Source of the DNA: an uncultured Gammaproteobacteria bacterium
Lineage (GTDB): Bacteria > Patescibacteriota > Microgenomatia > Levybacterales > UBA12049
Length of the DNA: 40,334 bases
NCBI GenBank assembly: GCA_964508395.1
Contig: CAZDTO010000001.1
Location: 1-40,334, forward strand
Direction of reading: 5' to 3'
A program made the translations under genes and the position numbers. Shown piece by piece: positions 1 to 7,452 of this stretch. Every line of letters begins with the position of its first letter. Positions within the stretch are counted from its first letter, which is position 1. Under the pieces are notes generated by a model. The model made no database searches, was not told the origin of the DNA, and saw only the letters and a list, made by a program, of their open reading frames with translations.

Positions 1-36
1 TATAATGCCACTTCTCCATGAATTTAAAGCTGTGTG

Positions 37-276
37 ATGTCGCAAAAGTTATATTATCAACAAAGCTTACAAAAAGACCAAAAAACTCCTAGACTAGATT
101 TCACTCCTAGTCCTTCACTCCTCAAAAAAATGGAGAAGATTTACACACTTCATGAAAACGGGTTAACCTACTACGAAATAGCCAATATCCTGAAGAATCA
201 CAGAGTGCATGTTACTAGACTCTGCAATTGGTATACCAATAACATAGTCAAGAAAGGAAAAAATGAGAAGAGCTAG
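37..276 (+). CDS. small helix-turn-helix DNA-binding protein (early regulator candidate)
   Basis: ORF track 34..276 (GTG 34, ATG 37). HTH-like segment LTYYEIANILKNHRVHVTRLCNW. Confidence 0.55.
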   Translation: MSQKLYYQQSLQKDQKTPRLDFTPSPSLLKKMEKIYTLHENGLTYYEIANILKNHRVHVTRLCNWYTNNIVKKGKNEKS

Positions 277-412
277 TTTGCCTTTTAAAATAACACAATG
301 GGATGGGAAGAAAGAAAAGGAATTGGAGCTGGAAAAAGCTATCGAGATAGCGCAGTATAAATTTGAAATTCACAATATGTTAGTTCAAAAACTTTATGAA
401 AAAAACAACTAA
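263..412 (+). CDS. hypothetical small protein (49 aa)
   Basis: Hand-translated ORF below the track cutoff: MRRASLPFKITQWDGKKEKELELEKAIEIAQYKFEIHNMLVQKLYEKNN. Fills an otherwise empty gap in a fully packed region. Confidence 0.3.
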   Translation: MRRASLPFKITQWDGKKEKELELEKAIEIAQYKFEIHNMLVQKLYEKNN

Positions 413-551
413 CTATAAATACCCAAAATATATTGAAGATCTAATTGAAAAAGCGGGCAGCGATATAAAAAAGGCTTATCATGAAGGAGTTGCAAATGGA
501 CTCAATCGAGCTGGGGAAATAATGAAAGGATTGGATAAAAAGAAAAATTGA
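396..551 (+). CDS. hypothetical small protein (51 aa)
   Basis: Hand-translated ORF MKKTTNYKYPKYIEDLIEKAGSDIKKAYHEGVANGLNRAGEIMKGLDKKKN. Overlaps its neighbours in phage-typical fashion. Confidence 0.3.
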   Translation: MKKTTNYKYPKYIEDLIEKAGSDIKKAYHEGVANGLNRAGEIMKGLDKKKN

Positions 552-553
552 GT

Positions 554-1039
554 ATGAAAAATCTTTTAGCACCAAAAAGAAAATATAAATTTTGGGGATC
601 GGTATTTTTGATTCTCCTAATCATAAGTCCGATTGTTGTATTCGGAAGATTTTATAAATTGCAGGAAAACATAACCGCGCATTACTTTAATAAGGCTTAC
701 GCACAAGAACAGAAGATCAGGGAATTGACCACATATAAACAACTAGAATTAGGAAGTGTCAGCGAACAGCAAAAAGCAAGAATAATTATCGCTAAGGTTT
801 GGCGTGGGGATGCAAAAGTCGGAATCATACTAGCTGTTTGCGAATCGGGACTGAGAGAGAAAGTGGTAAATTCAATCGGCGCGACAGGGTATTTTCAAAT
901 AAACGCTCCCGTACACAATGTGCCAATAAATGAGATGCGGAATGGATATGCTAATGCTGGATACGCCTACGCGCTCTATAAGGAACAAGGATTGACTCCT
1001 TGGGTTTCTAGTAAGAATTGTTGGGGGGAAAGAATATGA
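554..1039 (+). CDS. membrane-anchored lytic transglycosylase (SLT domain)
   Basis: Track ORF 548..1039 (TTG 548, ATG 554). N-terminal hydrophobic helix FWGSVFLILLIISPIVVF. SLT-like catalytic block CESGLRE ... GATGYFQIN ... AGYAYALY. Confidence 0.65.
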   Translation: MKNLLAPKRKYKFWGSVFLILLIISPIVVFGRFYKLQENITAHYFNKAYAQEQKIRELTTYKQLELGSVSEQQKARIIIAKVWRGDAKVGIILAVCESGLREKVVNSIGATGYFQINAPVHNVPINEMRNGYANAGYAYALYKEQGLTPWVSSKNCWGERI

Positions 1040-1227
1040 GTAATTTAAGTTTTGTCGGAAATCAGGAGAAATTTAAAACAAAATCGAATCAATATGTAGA
1101 AGGAAGATGGTGCAAAACCCATCCTGCGGGGTTTTGGGGCAAGAAATCAGACGGAACTTACTTTGATACTTGTACTAGAGGATATAGAGATCCGAAAAAT
1201 AAGTGCGAGATAGGAGAAAATGAATGA
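1036..1227 (+). CDS. hypothetical small Cys-containing protein
   Basis: Track ORF 1018..1227. ATG at 1036 is preceded by a G-rich SD (ggggggaaag). Confidence 0.45.
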   Translation: MSNLSFVGNQEKFKTKSNQYVEGRWCKTHPAGFWGKKSDGTYFDTCTRGYRDPKNKCEIGENE

Positions 1228-1781
1228 CAGATAAACTACCGACAATGAATATCAAGGGCAAGCAATACGTCATGGTTAAGGACAGAATACTGGCTTTCAA
1301 TGAACATTTTCCTAACGGCTGTATTCAAACTGAAATAGTATCCCCATTGGATAGCAAAACCATAATTGTCAAAGCAATAGTTACACCGGATGCCAAGAAT
1401 CCAGAGAGAAAATTCATTGATTATTCTCAGGCTGTAATAGGTCAGGGATACATCAATACTACATCAGCGTTGGAAAACGCGTCTACAAGCGCTGTAGGAC
1501 GTGCTCTAGCCTATATGGGCATAGGTGTAATAGAAAGCGTAGCAAGCGCGGATGAGGTTAGCAAGGCTATATCTCAACCCGATACTGATGCTGAGTGGAT
1601 CAAAAAGAACAATAAAAAGACAGAAGAATTAAATGAGACAACTGTAGCCAGAAAATGCTCTATCCACAACATCCCGCTTCTAAGAGCTTTATCAAAAACT
1701 AAAGTTACAAAAGAGGGGAACCCAAAACCATATTGGTATCACCCGACAGCCAATGGCGGGATGTGTTTCGGAAATGAATAA
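1224..1781 (+). CDS. conserved-looking phage replication/recombination-module protein, function unknown
   Basis: Track ORF, overlapping the upstream stop (ATG 1224-1226, TGA 1225-1227). N-terminal block KGKQYVMVKDRILAFNEHFPNG and ALENASTSAVGRALAYMGIG resemble blocks I recall from phage DNA-metabolism modules, but I cannot name the family. Confidence 0.45.
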   Translation: MTDKLPTMNIKGKQYVMVKDRILAFNEHFPNGCIQTEIVSPLDSKTIIVKAIVTPDAKNPERKFIDYSQAVIGQGYINTTSALENASTSAVGRALAYMGIGVIESVASADEVSKAISQPDTDAEWIKKNNKKTEELNETTVARKCSIHNIPLLRALSKTKVTKEGNPKPYWYHPTANGGMCFGNE

Positions 1782-2571
1782 TAATATGAAAACTTGGTTT
1801 AAGTTTTATGGACAAGAATTTTTAAGTGATCCCAAAATGCTTTCTTTAACAGCAATTCAAAAAGCATTATGGCTGACAATTCTATGCCTTGCAAGCGCAT
1901 CAGAAAAAGAAGGGGAAATTAACTATGTAACGGAGCAAAAAATACTCTCGTTATGCGGAGTAACGCCGCTTGATGACGAATGGAAAGAAAATATGGGCTT
2001 CCTACAACACTTTCGGAGATTAAACATGGTCAAACTTGAAGATAATAAAATTATCGTTTCTAGCTTCAAAAAGAGGCAAGAACAAAGCCTTAGTAACGCC
2101 GAAAGACAAGCCCGTTATAGAACGAAACACAACAAGAGTAACGTTACTACCCATAACAAAAGTAACGCAATAGTAACGAATAGAGAAGAAAAGAATAGAA
2201 TAGAGAAGAATAGAATAGATAATATAACTAATAATATTGCAACGCCAAAAAGCGTTGCGAAAAAAAAGGAAATTCAGGTAAATGATCCCATAAATGATCT
2301 AATCAAATTATTCGAACCTGTCAATCCCAATTATGAGAGGATTTTTCCAAACAAATCACAGCGTGAGGCATTGGCGCGGATGGTTAAAAAACACGGGGAA
2401 GATAAAATATGCCGGTCAATTAAGTTTGCCGTTGATTCCTACGGCAAACAATATGCCCCTCAAATTACAACGCCGCTTCAGCTTGAGCAAAAACTCGGAT
2501 CATTAATTGCTTACGCTAAGTCAAGAAGTCCGGATAAGCCAGTTATCGCGGTAATGCCGCAGAGATTATGA
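1753..2571 (+). CDS. phage replisome organizer / DnaD-like replication initiation protein
   Basis: N-terminus WFKFYGQEFLSDPKMLSLTAIQKALWLTILCLAS matches the replisome-organizer N-terminal pattern. Internal DNA iterons (2128-2262) are typical of an origin embedded in such genes. True start may be ATG 1774 or 1786. Confidence 0.6.
   Translation: MAGCVSEMNNNMKTWFKFYGQEFLSDPKMLSLTAIQKALWLTILCLASASEKEGEINYVTEQKILSLCGVTPLDDEWKENMGFLQHFRRLNMVKLEDNKIIVSSFKKRQEQSLSNAERQARYRTKHNKSNVTTHNKSNAIVTNREEKNRIEKNRIDNITNNIATPKSVAKKKEIQVNDPINDLIKLFEPVNPNYERIFPNKSQREALARMVKKHGEDKICRSIKFAVDSYGKQYAPQITTPLQLEQKLGSLIAYAKSRSPDKPVIAVMPQRL
2128..2262. repeat. iteron cluster plus inverted repeat, candidate replication origin inside the organizer gene
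   Basis: cacaacaagagtaacg (2128-2143) / cataacaaaagtaacg (2152-2167). agtaacg again at 2172-2178. gaatagaataga at 2193-2204 and 2208-2219. Hairpin gcaacgc-N-gcgttgc near 2239-2259. Confidence 0.5.
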
Positions 2572-2864
2572 GCGACATTCAAATCTATAAAACTATTGCT
2601 AAATATGAAGACTTTTTGGATGACAAGATTCCAGAGAAGAGATTCCGGTTGGTCTATCCCAACAAGGAAGTATTTTATCTGACTGATGAGGAGAGAAATT
2701 TTTTACTTGCTCAGGTCAACGGCGGAGCAAGATATGTGCAGATCGGAGAACACACTTTTACTAATTCTTTCATAACTTTATATCCGATAAGAGAAGGCAG
2801 AAAGAAGGAGTGGTCTGAAGTTAAAGATGAATCCGGAAAAGTAGTTAAATTTCAAGAGGTGTGA
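2568..2864 (+). CDS. hypothetical protein
   Basis: Track ORF, ATGA overlap with the upstream gene. Confidence 0.5.
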   Translation: MSDIQIYKTIAKYEDFLDDKIPEKRFRLVYPNKEVFYLTDEERNFLLAQVNGGARYVQIGEHTFTNSFITLYPIREGRKKEWSEVKDESGKVVKFQEV

Positions 2865-2916
2865 GTATAAATAATAACTGGATTCTTTGGTTAATAATAA
2901 TTAGTTTTTTAGTGAT

Positions 2917-3099
2917 ATGGTTAGTATAAAAAAGGGTCAAAGATTAAGGAAAAGATTAGAGAAATTTTTTTGGGAAGAAAAACTTGGCCCAGTAAACCAA
3001 ATAGCTAGTCCAAACGAGAAACTTTATAAGTATGGCCAAGGTCAACTTAATAGTTTAATTGATAAGTTAATAAATATTTATGAAGCTCAAGATATATAA
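2917..3099 (+). CDS. hypothetical protein
   Basis: Track ORF, followed by a weak hairpin plus T-run (aagcaagaatgctttttt). Confidence 0.4.
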   Translation: MVSIKKGQRLRKRLEKFFWEEKLGPVNQIASPNEKLYKYGQGQLNSLIDKLINIYEAQDI

Positions 3100-3309
3100 G
3101 AAGACAGGTACATAAGCAAGAATGCTTTTTTAACCGATCCTGTAAAAACCAGACGGGATTAAAGCGAAGGGCAGAATAAGGAGAAGTTGAGGGGATTGTA
3201 AGTGTTCATGTATTTGACTCTAGCAGTCCCTTCAACAAAGCAATTGAGGGGTAAGAAAAGTAAAAGGAAGTGTGGGTATTGTCCATGACCACCTGCCCCT
3301 CAGCAAATT

Positions 3310-3618
3310 ATGAAAAAACATTTTTTTGAAGCAGGAAAGCAAAAATTAGTTAAGAGTAAAGTGTCTGGATATGTTTGTCTTTGTAGGGTTTGTGGCAAGA
3401 CAGCATTCGAACACACGAACTGGAAAGAGGGTTTTATGAGGACTGCAAGAGCTATACAAAGATCGGAAGAAAACTATCCAATCAAAAAACTACCAGTCAG
3501 GAGAGGCGTACAACTTAGCTCAACGCTGTCTGGTCAAAGAGAATTAATAAGAGAAATGAGAAACAAAATCAACGAAATTATTAAATATATAAATGAAGAT
3601 TATGAAAAAACCAAGTAA
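3310..3618 (+). CDS. hypothetical protein with CxCxxC motif
   Basis: Track ORF. Contains CLCRVCGK. Confidence 0.45.
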   Translation: MKKHFFEAGKQKLVKSKVSGYVCLCRVCGKTAFEHTNWKEGFMRTARAIQRSEENYPIKKLPVRRGVQLSSTLSGQRELIREMRNKINEIIKYINEDYEKTK

Positions 3619-3949
3619 AAAAACATTAAAATTAAGAGCCGATAAATTATTTAGAGATAAGGTTCGTTCTCTAGGTAGGTGTGAATTAAGAGGGCTAGAT
3701 CACATAGAGTGTTCTGGTGATCTGCAAACTATGCACATAATAGGCCGTAGTAATCACAGGTTGCGTTGGGAGCTACTCAATTCGATTTGCGGGTGTTCTG
3801 GTCATCACTTTTGGTATACTAACAATCCGTTCTACTTCTTTGAGTTAGTTAAAAGGGAATTTCCCGGCCGATATGAATTTGTTACCCAGTATAAGAATAC
3901 AGTTTGGGACAAGGATATAGAATCAGTTATTGCTAGATTACAAGTATGA
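3593..3949 (+). CDS. NinG/Rap-like or HNH-like nuclease candidate
   Basis: Pattern LFRDKVRSLGRCEL...LQTMHIIGRSNHRLRWELLNSICGCSGHH resembles the Cys/His layout of lambda NinG-type proteins. Recognised from memory only. Confidence 0.35.
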   Translation: MKIMKKPSKKTLKLRADKLFRDKVRSLGRCELRGLDHIECSGDLQTMHIIGRSNHRLRWELLNSICGCSGHHFWYTNNPFYFFELVKREFPGRYEFVTQYKNTVWDKDIESVIARLQV

Positions 3950-4143
3950 TATTTACACTTACAGATTCCCAAGTAAAAGAACAAAGGGAAGAAATGGTTG
4001 GGTGGCTTAATAGAGCTTTAAACCAAAAGCATGGAATAAGTATTCATAATATGCTCTTACATTTAAGATACATCTTAAAACAGTCACCTAAATACTCTTG
4101 GAATATAGATGGGAAGGAGAAATTTAAGTCTAAATCTAAATAA
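3946..4143 (+). CDS. hypothetical protein
   Basis: Track ORF, ATGA overlap. Confidence 0.45.
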   Translation: MIFTLTDSQVKEQREEMVGWLNRALNQKHGISIHNMLLHLRYILKQSPKYSWNIDGKEKFKSKSK

Positions 4144-4162
4144 AAGGCTCTAATTAGAAAAT

Positions 4163-4777
4163 ATGAAATTTACAACTAAACAAAAACAGGAACTTAAGAA
4201 AAAAGGTTATCTTATATTTTTTCTTTCTGGAAAATCGTTAGGAGAAATGAAAAATAAGGTTTACTCAAGTTGGCATAGGGAAGAAAATTTTGGAAAGGAA
4301 AAAGGAAGGAAAATGGAAGTAGCTTTTAATCCTAAATCAGAGATGAAATATAACTTAACTTATGATGAAGCTCAAGAGGAAGCTAAAAAGCCTACGGGAA
4401 TAGCAGGAACTCACTTTGAAATTCTCTCAATATCCGAGTATGTGGAGTTTAACAATTTATTTTATCAAAAAACAGGCAAGGAGCTTGAAGGATGGTATAC
4501 GTGGACTAATACTAAATTTGAGGACGGCCTCCGCCTTCTCGGTGGCTACTCTGACCTTGGTGGCTTGTCGTATGTCGATCGCGATTGGTCTGGCCATCGC
4601 CATGACGTTTTTGCCTTTCGTCCTCTGGTAGTTTCAGACCTTGAATCCTTGGAACCTAACCCCTTGGCCGTTCCCTTGGATATTAGTTCCTTGGATGAGA
4701 AATTAGATAAGATTGAAGAAAAACTGGATAAACTCATGGAACATCTGGGGGTTGGTGAGGAGAAAGAGATTTTATGA
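4163..4777 (+). CDS. hypothetical protein (204 aa)
   Basis: Track ORF. Ends in a conserved junction (GEEKEIL, then an ATGA overlap). Confidence 0.55.
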   Translation: MKFTTKQKQELKKKGYLIFFLSGKSLGEMKNKVYSSWHREENFGKEKGRKMEVAFNPKSEMKYNLTYDEAQEEAKKPTGIAGTHFEILSISEYVEFNNLFYQKTGKELEGWYTWTNTKFEDGLRLLGGYSDLGGLSYVDRDWSGHRHDVFAFRPLVVSDLESLEPNPLAVPLDISSLDEKLDKIEEKLDKLMEHLGVGEEKEIL

Positions 4778-5145
4778 AAACAACCGATAAGTATATTTTA
4801 AAAGGCAAGAAGGTCGTTCCAGAATATGACTTGATGAAATGGGCTAGATGGTTTGAAACAGCAGGCAAGACGAGAATTGTTAGACAAACGCAGATAATTA
4901 AAGGATTAAAGTTCGGCAAAAAAGCATTAGGAATACCCATAAAAATATCAACTGTATTCTTAGGACTAGATCATTCTTTTGCCTTTGGTAGAAATCATAT
5001 TCCTATTTTATTTGAAACTATGATATTTGGTGGAAAGCATGACCAGTATCAAGAAAGATACGCAACGTGGGAAGAAGCGGAAAAAGGACATAAAAAGGCA
5101 TTAAAACTTGTTAAGGAGTCCTTTAGTGAGGAGAAAGTTTTATGA
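4774..5145 (+). CDS. hypothetical protein
   Basis: Track ORF. Block LFETMIFGG...RYATWEEAEKGH looks like a recurrent phage family of unknown function. Confidence 0.55.
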   Translation: MKTTDKYILKGKKVVPEYDLMKWARWFETAGKTRIVRQTQIIKGLKFGKKALGIPIKISTVFLGLDHSFAFGRNHIPILFETMIFGGKHDQYQERYATWEEAEKGHKKALKLVKESFSEEKVL

Positions 5146-5318
5146 AAAAATATTTTTTTACAATAAAAGCTCACGAAGCACATAAAAACTCTAAGTATGA
5201 AGATTCTATTGGTAAAGAAATCTTTACGTGGCAAGCTATGGTTACACCAAAAGAATTAAAAGAGTTTTTAAAATATGCAACTAACGAATTATTGTCTGTT
5301 GAGAAAGAGGTTTTATGA
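5142..5318 (+). CDS. hypothetical small protein (58 aa)
   Basis: Hand-translated MKKYFFTIKAHEAHKNSKYEDSIGKEIFTWQAMVTPKELKEFLKYATNELLSVEKEVL. ATGA overlaps at both ends and the same junction motif as its neighbours. Confidence 0.5.
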   Translation: MKKYFFTIKAHEAHKNSKYEDSIGKEIFTWQAMVTPKELKEFLKYATNELLSVEKEVL

Positions 5319-5509
5319 AAGAATATATTAGATTTTTATATCACGATACCATGCGAGTAATTTGGAGTTACTATCATAAATTTATCTTGCATAAAGGAAG
5401 ATTTGGCATGAGGCAATGGTTGACTTGTAGACACCATAACCCTTTTTATATTTTAACTCCTAGACTTTTAAAGCAACAGTTTAAAAATGCGTGGGAGGCT
5501 GAATCATGA
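5315..5509 (+). CDS. hypothetical protein
   Basis: Track ORF, ATGA overlaps at both ends. Confidence 0.45.
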   Translation: MKEYIRFLYHDTMRVIWSYYHKFILHKGRFGMRQWLTCRHHNPFYILTPRLLKQQFKNAWEAES

Positions 5510-5973
5510 AAACTAATCCATCCCCTATATCGGTATCTGGTATAGAGAAACTACACAATATTTTTATTAAGAGTGGGGAAATATATTGGAGACAGGATAT
5601 TCAAGCAAAAATAGTTTCTCTTTTCCAATCCGAGCTCTCAAAAGCTAAAAAAGAGGGGGAGAAAGAAGTCTGGAAAAATAACTGTTACAAACATCATTCA
5701 AAAAGATTGGCATTGAGAAAAAAGTATTATCAAAAGTCTAAGCATAAATTTATTGGAGTAGTAACAACTGATAAAAGTATGTGGTGTGAAACACACGATA
5801 AATTTGAGAAGCTTAAAGAACAGGTTACTAATTTAACTGACACTCCTGTAATGTGTAAATGCGGAGATAAAAGAAAAGACCACTATAATAATTGGGGAGA
5901 ATATACAGGTTGCGGTAATAAGCTAAACTGTGGGTGCAGTAAATTTATTTTATCTAAATTAGAGGGGGAGTAA
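5506..5973 (+). CDS. hypothetical Cys-rich protein
   Basis: Track ORF. C-terminal CKCGDKRKDHYNNWGEYTGCGNKLNCGC. Confidence 0.5.
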   Translation: MKTNPSPISVSGIEKLHNIFIKSGEIYWRQDIQAKIVSLFQSELSKAKKEGEKEVWKNNCYKHHSKRLALRKKYYQKSKHKFIGVVTTDKSMWCETHDKFEKLKEQVTNLTDTPVMCKCGDKRKDHYNNWGEYTGCGNKLNCGCSKFILSKLEGE

Positions 5974-5983
5974 AGAATAGAGA

Positions 5984-6205
5984 ATGAAAAGCGAAAATGT
6001 AAAAGAAGAAAAAGTGTGGGAAACCCAGGGTTATCTTATTAGAGAGGCTTTAGTAAGAGAAATTATAGATGCTGAAAGGTGGCAAACAGTTGTATCTTGT
6101 TGGCAAGCCCTTCTTAAAGTTAAAATTATGATAAAAGAAGCACAAGAAGAAGATAAAATACTAACCCAATCTCAAATGGCTAATTCAGATGAAAGTAAAG
6201 GATAG
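5984..6205 (+). CDS. hypothetical protein
   Basis: Track ORF. Its start lies in a repeated junction gtaaagaatagagaatgaaaag. Confidence 0.45.
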   Translation: MKSENVKEEKVWETQGYLIREALVREIIDAERWQTVVSCWQALLKVKIMIKEAQEEDKILTQSQMANSDESKG

Positions 6206-6218
6206 AGAATGAAAGGGG

Positions 6219-6416
6219 GTGTTTAAAATTTCAACTTTACAATACGTCCAGCCAACAGACGAGCAAAAGGCAGTAATGCAGACTTTTAGAGATAAGTATG
6301 AGGTTCTTTTCAATGAATTAAAAGAACTTCCGAGCAGTCGTGGTATGTCGCTTGCATTAACAAAACTAGAAGAAAGTGCAATGTGGCTTAATAAAGCATT
6401 AACTAAAAACGATTAG
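6219..6416 (+). CDS. hypothetical protein (start uncertain)
   Basis: Track ORF with GTG start. An ATG at 6209 is separated from this frame by a G5 run. Confidence 0.4.
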   Translation: MFKISTLQYVQPTDEQKAVMQTFRDKYEVLFNELKELPSSRGMSLALTKLEESAMWLNKALTKND

Positions 6417-6491
6417 TCTTTTGCAACCATTTTACCGATGTCGGGAGAATGGTTATAGTAGATTAATTTTAGGATAGGAGGAATAGAAAAT

Positions 6492-6680
6492 ATGGCACAA
6501 ATAATTGAATTGATAATCACAAGTGATAATGAAGGCAATATAGACCTTTACTCAAAAAGTGGAAGTTGGATTGCACATAGCGATTTAAAAACAGAAGGTT
6601 GGTTTATGCCCAATGATTTATTAGAAGGAAAATTGAGAGATATTTTTAAGCCAAAAAAACCTAGAATAAATAATTTATGA
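6492..6680 (+). CDS. hypothetical protein (cassette A)
   Basis: Track ORF. Perfect SD aggagg, with conserved 5' and 3' flanks shared with the next ORF. Confidence 0.5.
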   Translation: MAQIIELIITSDNEGNIDLYSKSGSWIAHSDLKTEGWFMPNDLLEGKLRDIFKPKKPRINNL

Positions 6681-6708
6681 ATATTCCATTTAAGGAGGAA
6701 TAGAAAAT

Positions 6709-6996
6709 ATGACTACTAAAACCAAGATAAGAACAATACAAAAAGAGAATTGGAAAAAGATAAATTTTTTAATGGATTTAAGGCGAAAACAATTTGAAGA
6801 TTTATACCAAGAGAACTGGTGGAATTATTTAATTGAAGATAAATTATATAAACATTTATGCCAGAAACTCGTTGAGATTAAATTAATGGGTAGACCTATG
6901 TTTTTAATTGACAAAAAATTGTCAGAGGAGGATATTAAGAACTTAGCAAGTGGATTTATAAACGTAGCGAATTTTATTAAAAATATAGATTTATGA
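6709..6996 (+). CDS. hypothetical protein (cassette B)
   Basis: Track ORF. Same 19-nt 5' flank and 17-nt 3' flank as cassette A. Confidence 0.5.
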   Translation: MTTKTKIRTIQKENWKKINFLMDLRRKQFEDLYQENWWNYLIEDKLYKHLCQKLVEIKLMGRPMFLIDKKLSEEDIKNLASGFINVANFIKNIDL

Positions 6997-7112
6997 ATAT
7001 TCCATCTCCTACAGTAAAGGTAAAAGGGAAAAGGAAAAAGGTTCTAATCAAAGAATTAGTTATTGAGAGATTAAAATCAATACCCGATAATGTTAGAGTT
7101 TCTATTGGCTAA
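6993..7112 (+). CDS. hypothetical small basic protein (39 aa)
   Basis: Hand-translated MNIPSPTVKVKGKRKKVLIKELVIERLKSIPDNVRVSIG. Its first 13 nt are duplicated at 6677-6689. Confidence 0.3.
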   Translation: MNIPSPTVKVKGKRKKVLIKELVIERLKSIPDNVRVSIG

Positions 7113-7115
7113 TCT

Positions 7116-7271
7116 ATGAAATCTTTTACTACATCTATTAAGAAAAAGAAAGAGAAACTATTTATAGATAATTACAAAGACAAAGATTACAGATACGTTG
7201 TTATTACTTATCGAGATAAGATGGGAAATTTAAGCAGCAGCTCTGAATTTATAAAAAGATATGAAAACTAA
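7116..7271 (+). CDS. hypothetical small protein (51 aa)
   Basis: Hand-translated MKSFTTSIKKKKEKLFIDNYKDKDYRYVVITYRDKMGNLSSSSEFIKRYEN. Confidence 0.3.
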   Translation: MKSFTTSIKKKKEKLFIDNYKDKDYRYVVITYRDKMGNLSSSSEFIKRYEN

Positions 7272-7452
7272 CTCATCTATCGAGAAAAAGAAAGAAATGG
7301 TTTATAAGAGAGTTAAAGCCTTAATGCCTCACTGTAAAGATTGTGGGGAAGAATTATTTGGGAATAATAGTGTAGCCTTACCTTATAGATGCAGTTGCGG
7401 AACTTGGGAGCAGAATTGGTCAACGGGAGAATTTTATATTAAAATTAAATGA
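7261..7452 (+). CDS. hypothetical zinc-ribbon protein
   Basis: Track ORF. CKDCGEE...CSCG. Confidence 0.45.
   Translation: MKTNSSIEKKKEMVYKRVKALMPHCKDCGEELFGNNSVALPYRCSCGTWEQNWSTGEFYIKIK

Noticed and set aside
4416-5234. Alternative-frame and antisense ORFs 4416..4631(+), 4546..4737(-), 4734..4940(-) and 5049..5234(-).
   Set aside because: They overlap better-supported, translationally coupled + strand genes, and 5049..5234 is displaced by the hand-found + ORF 5142..5318. No independent signals support them.
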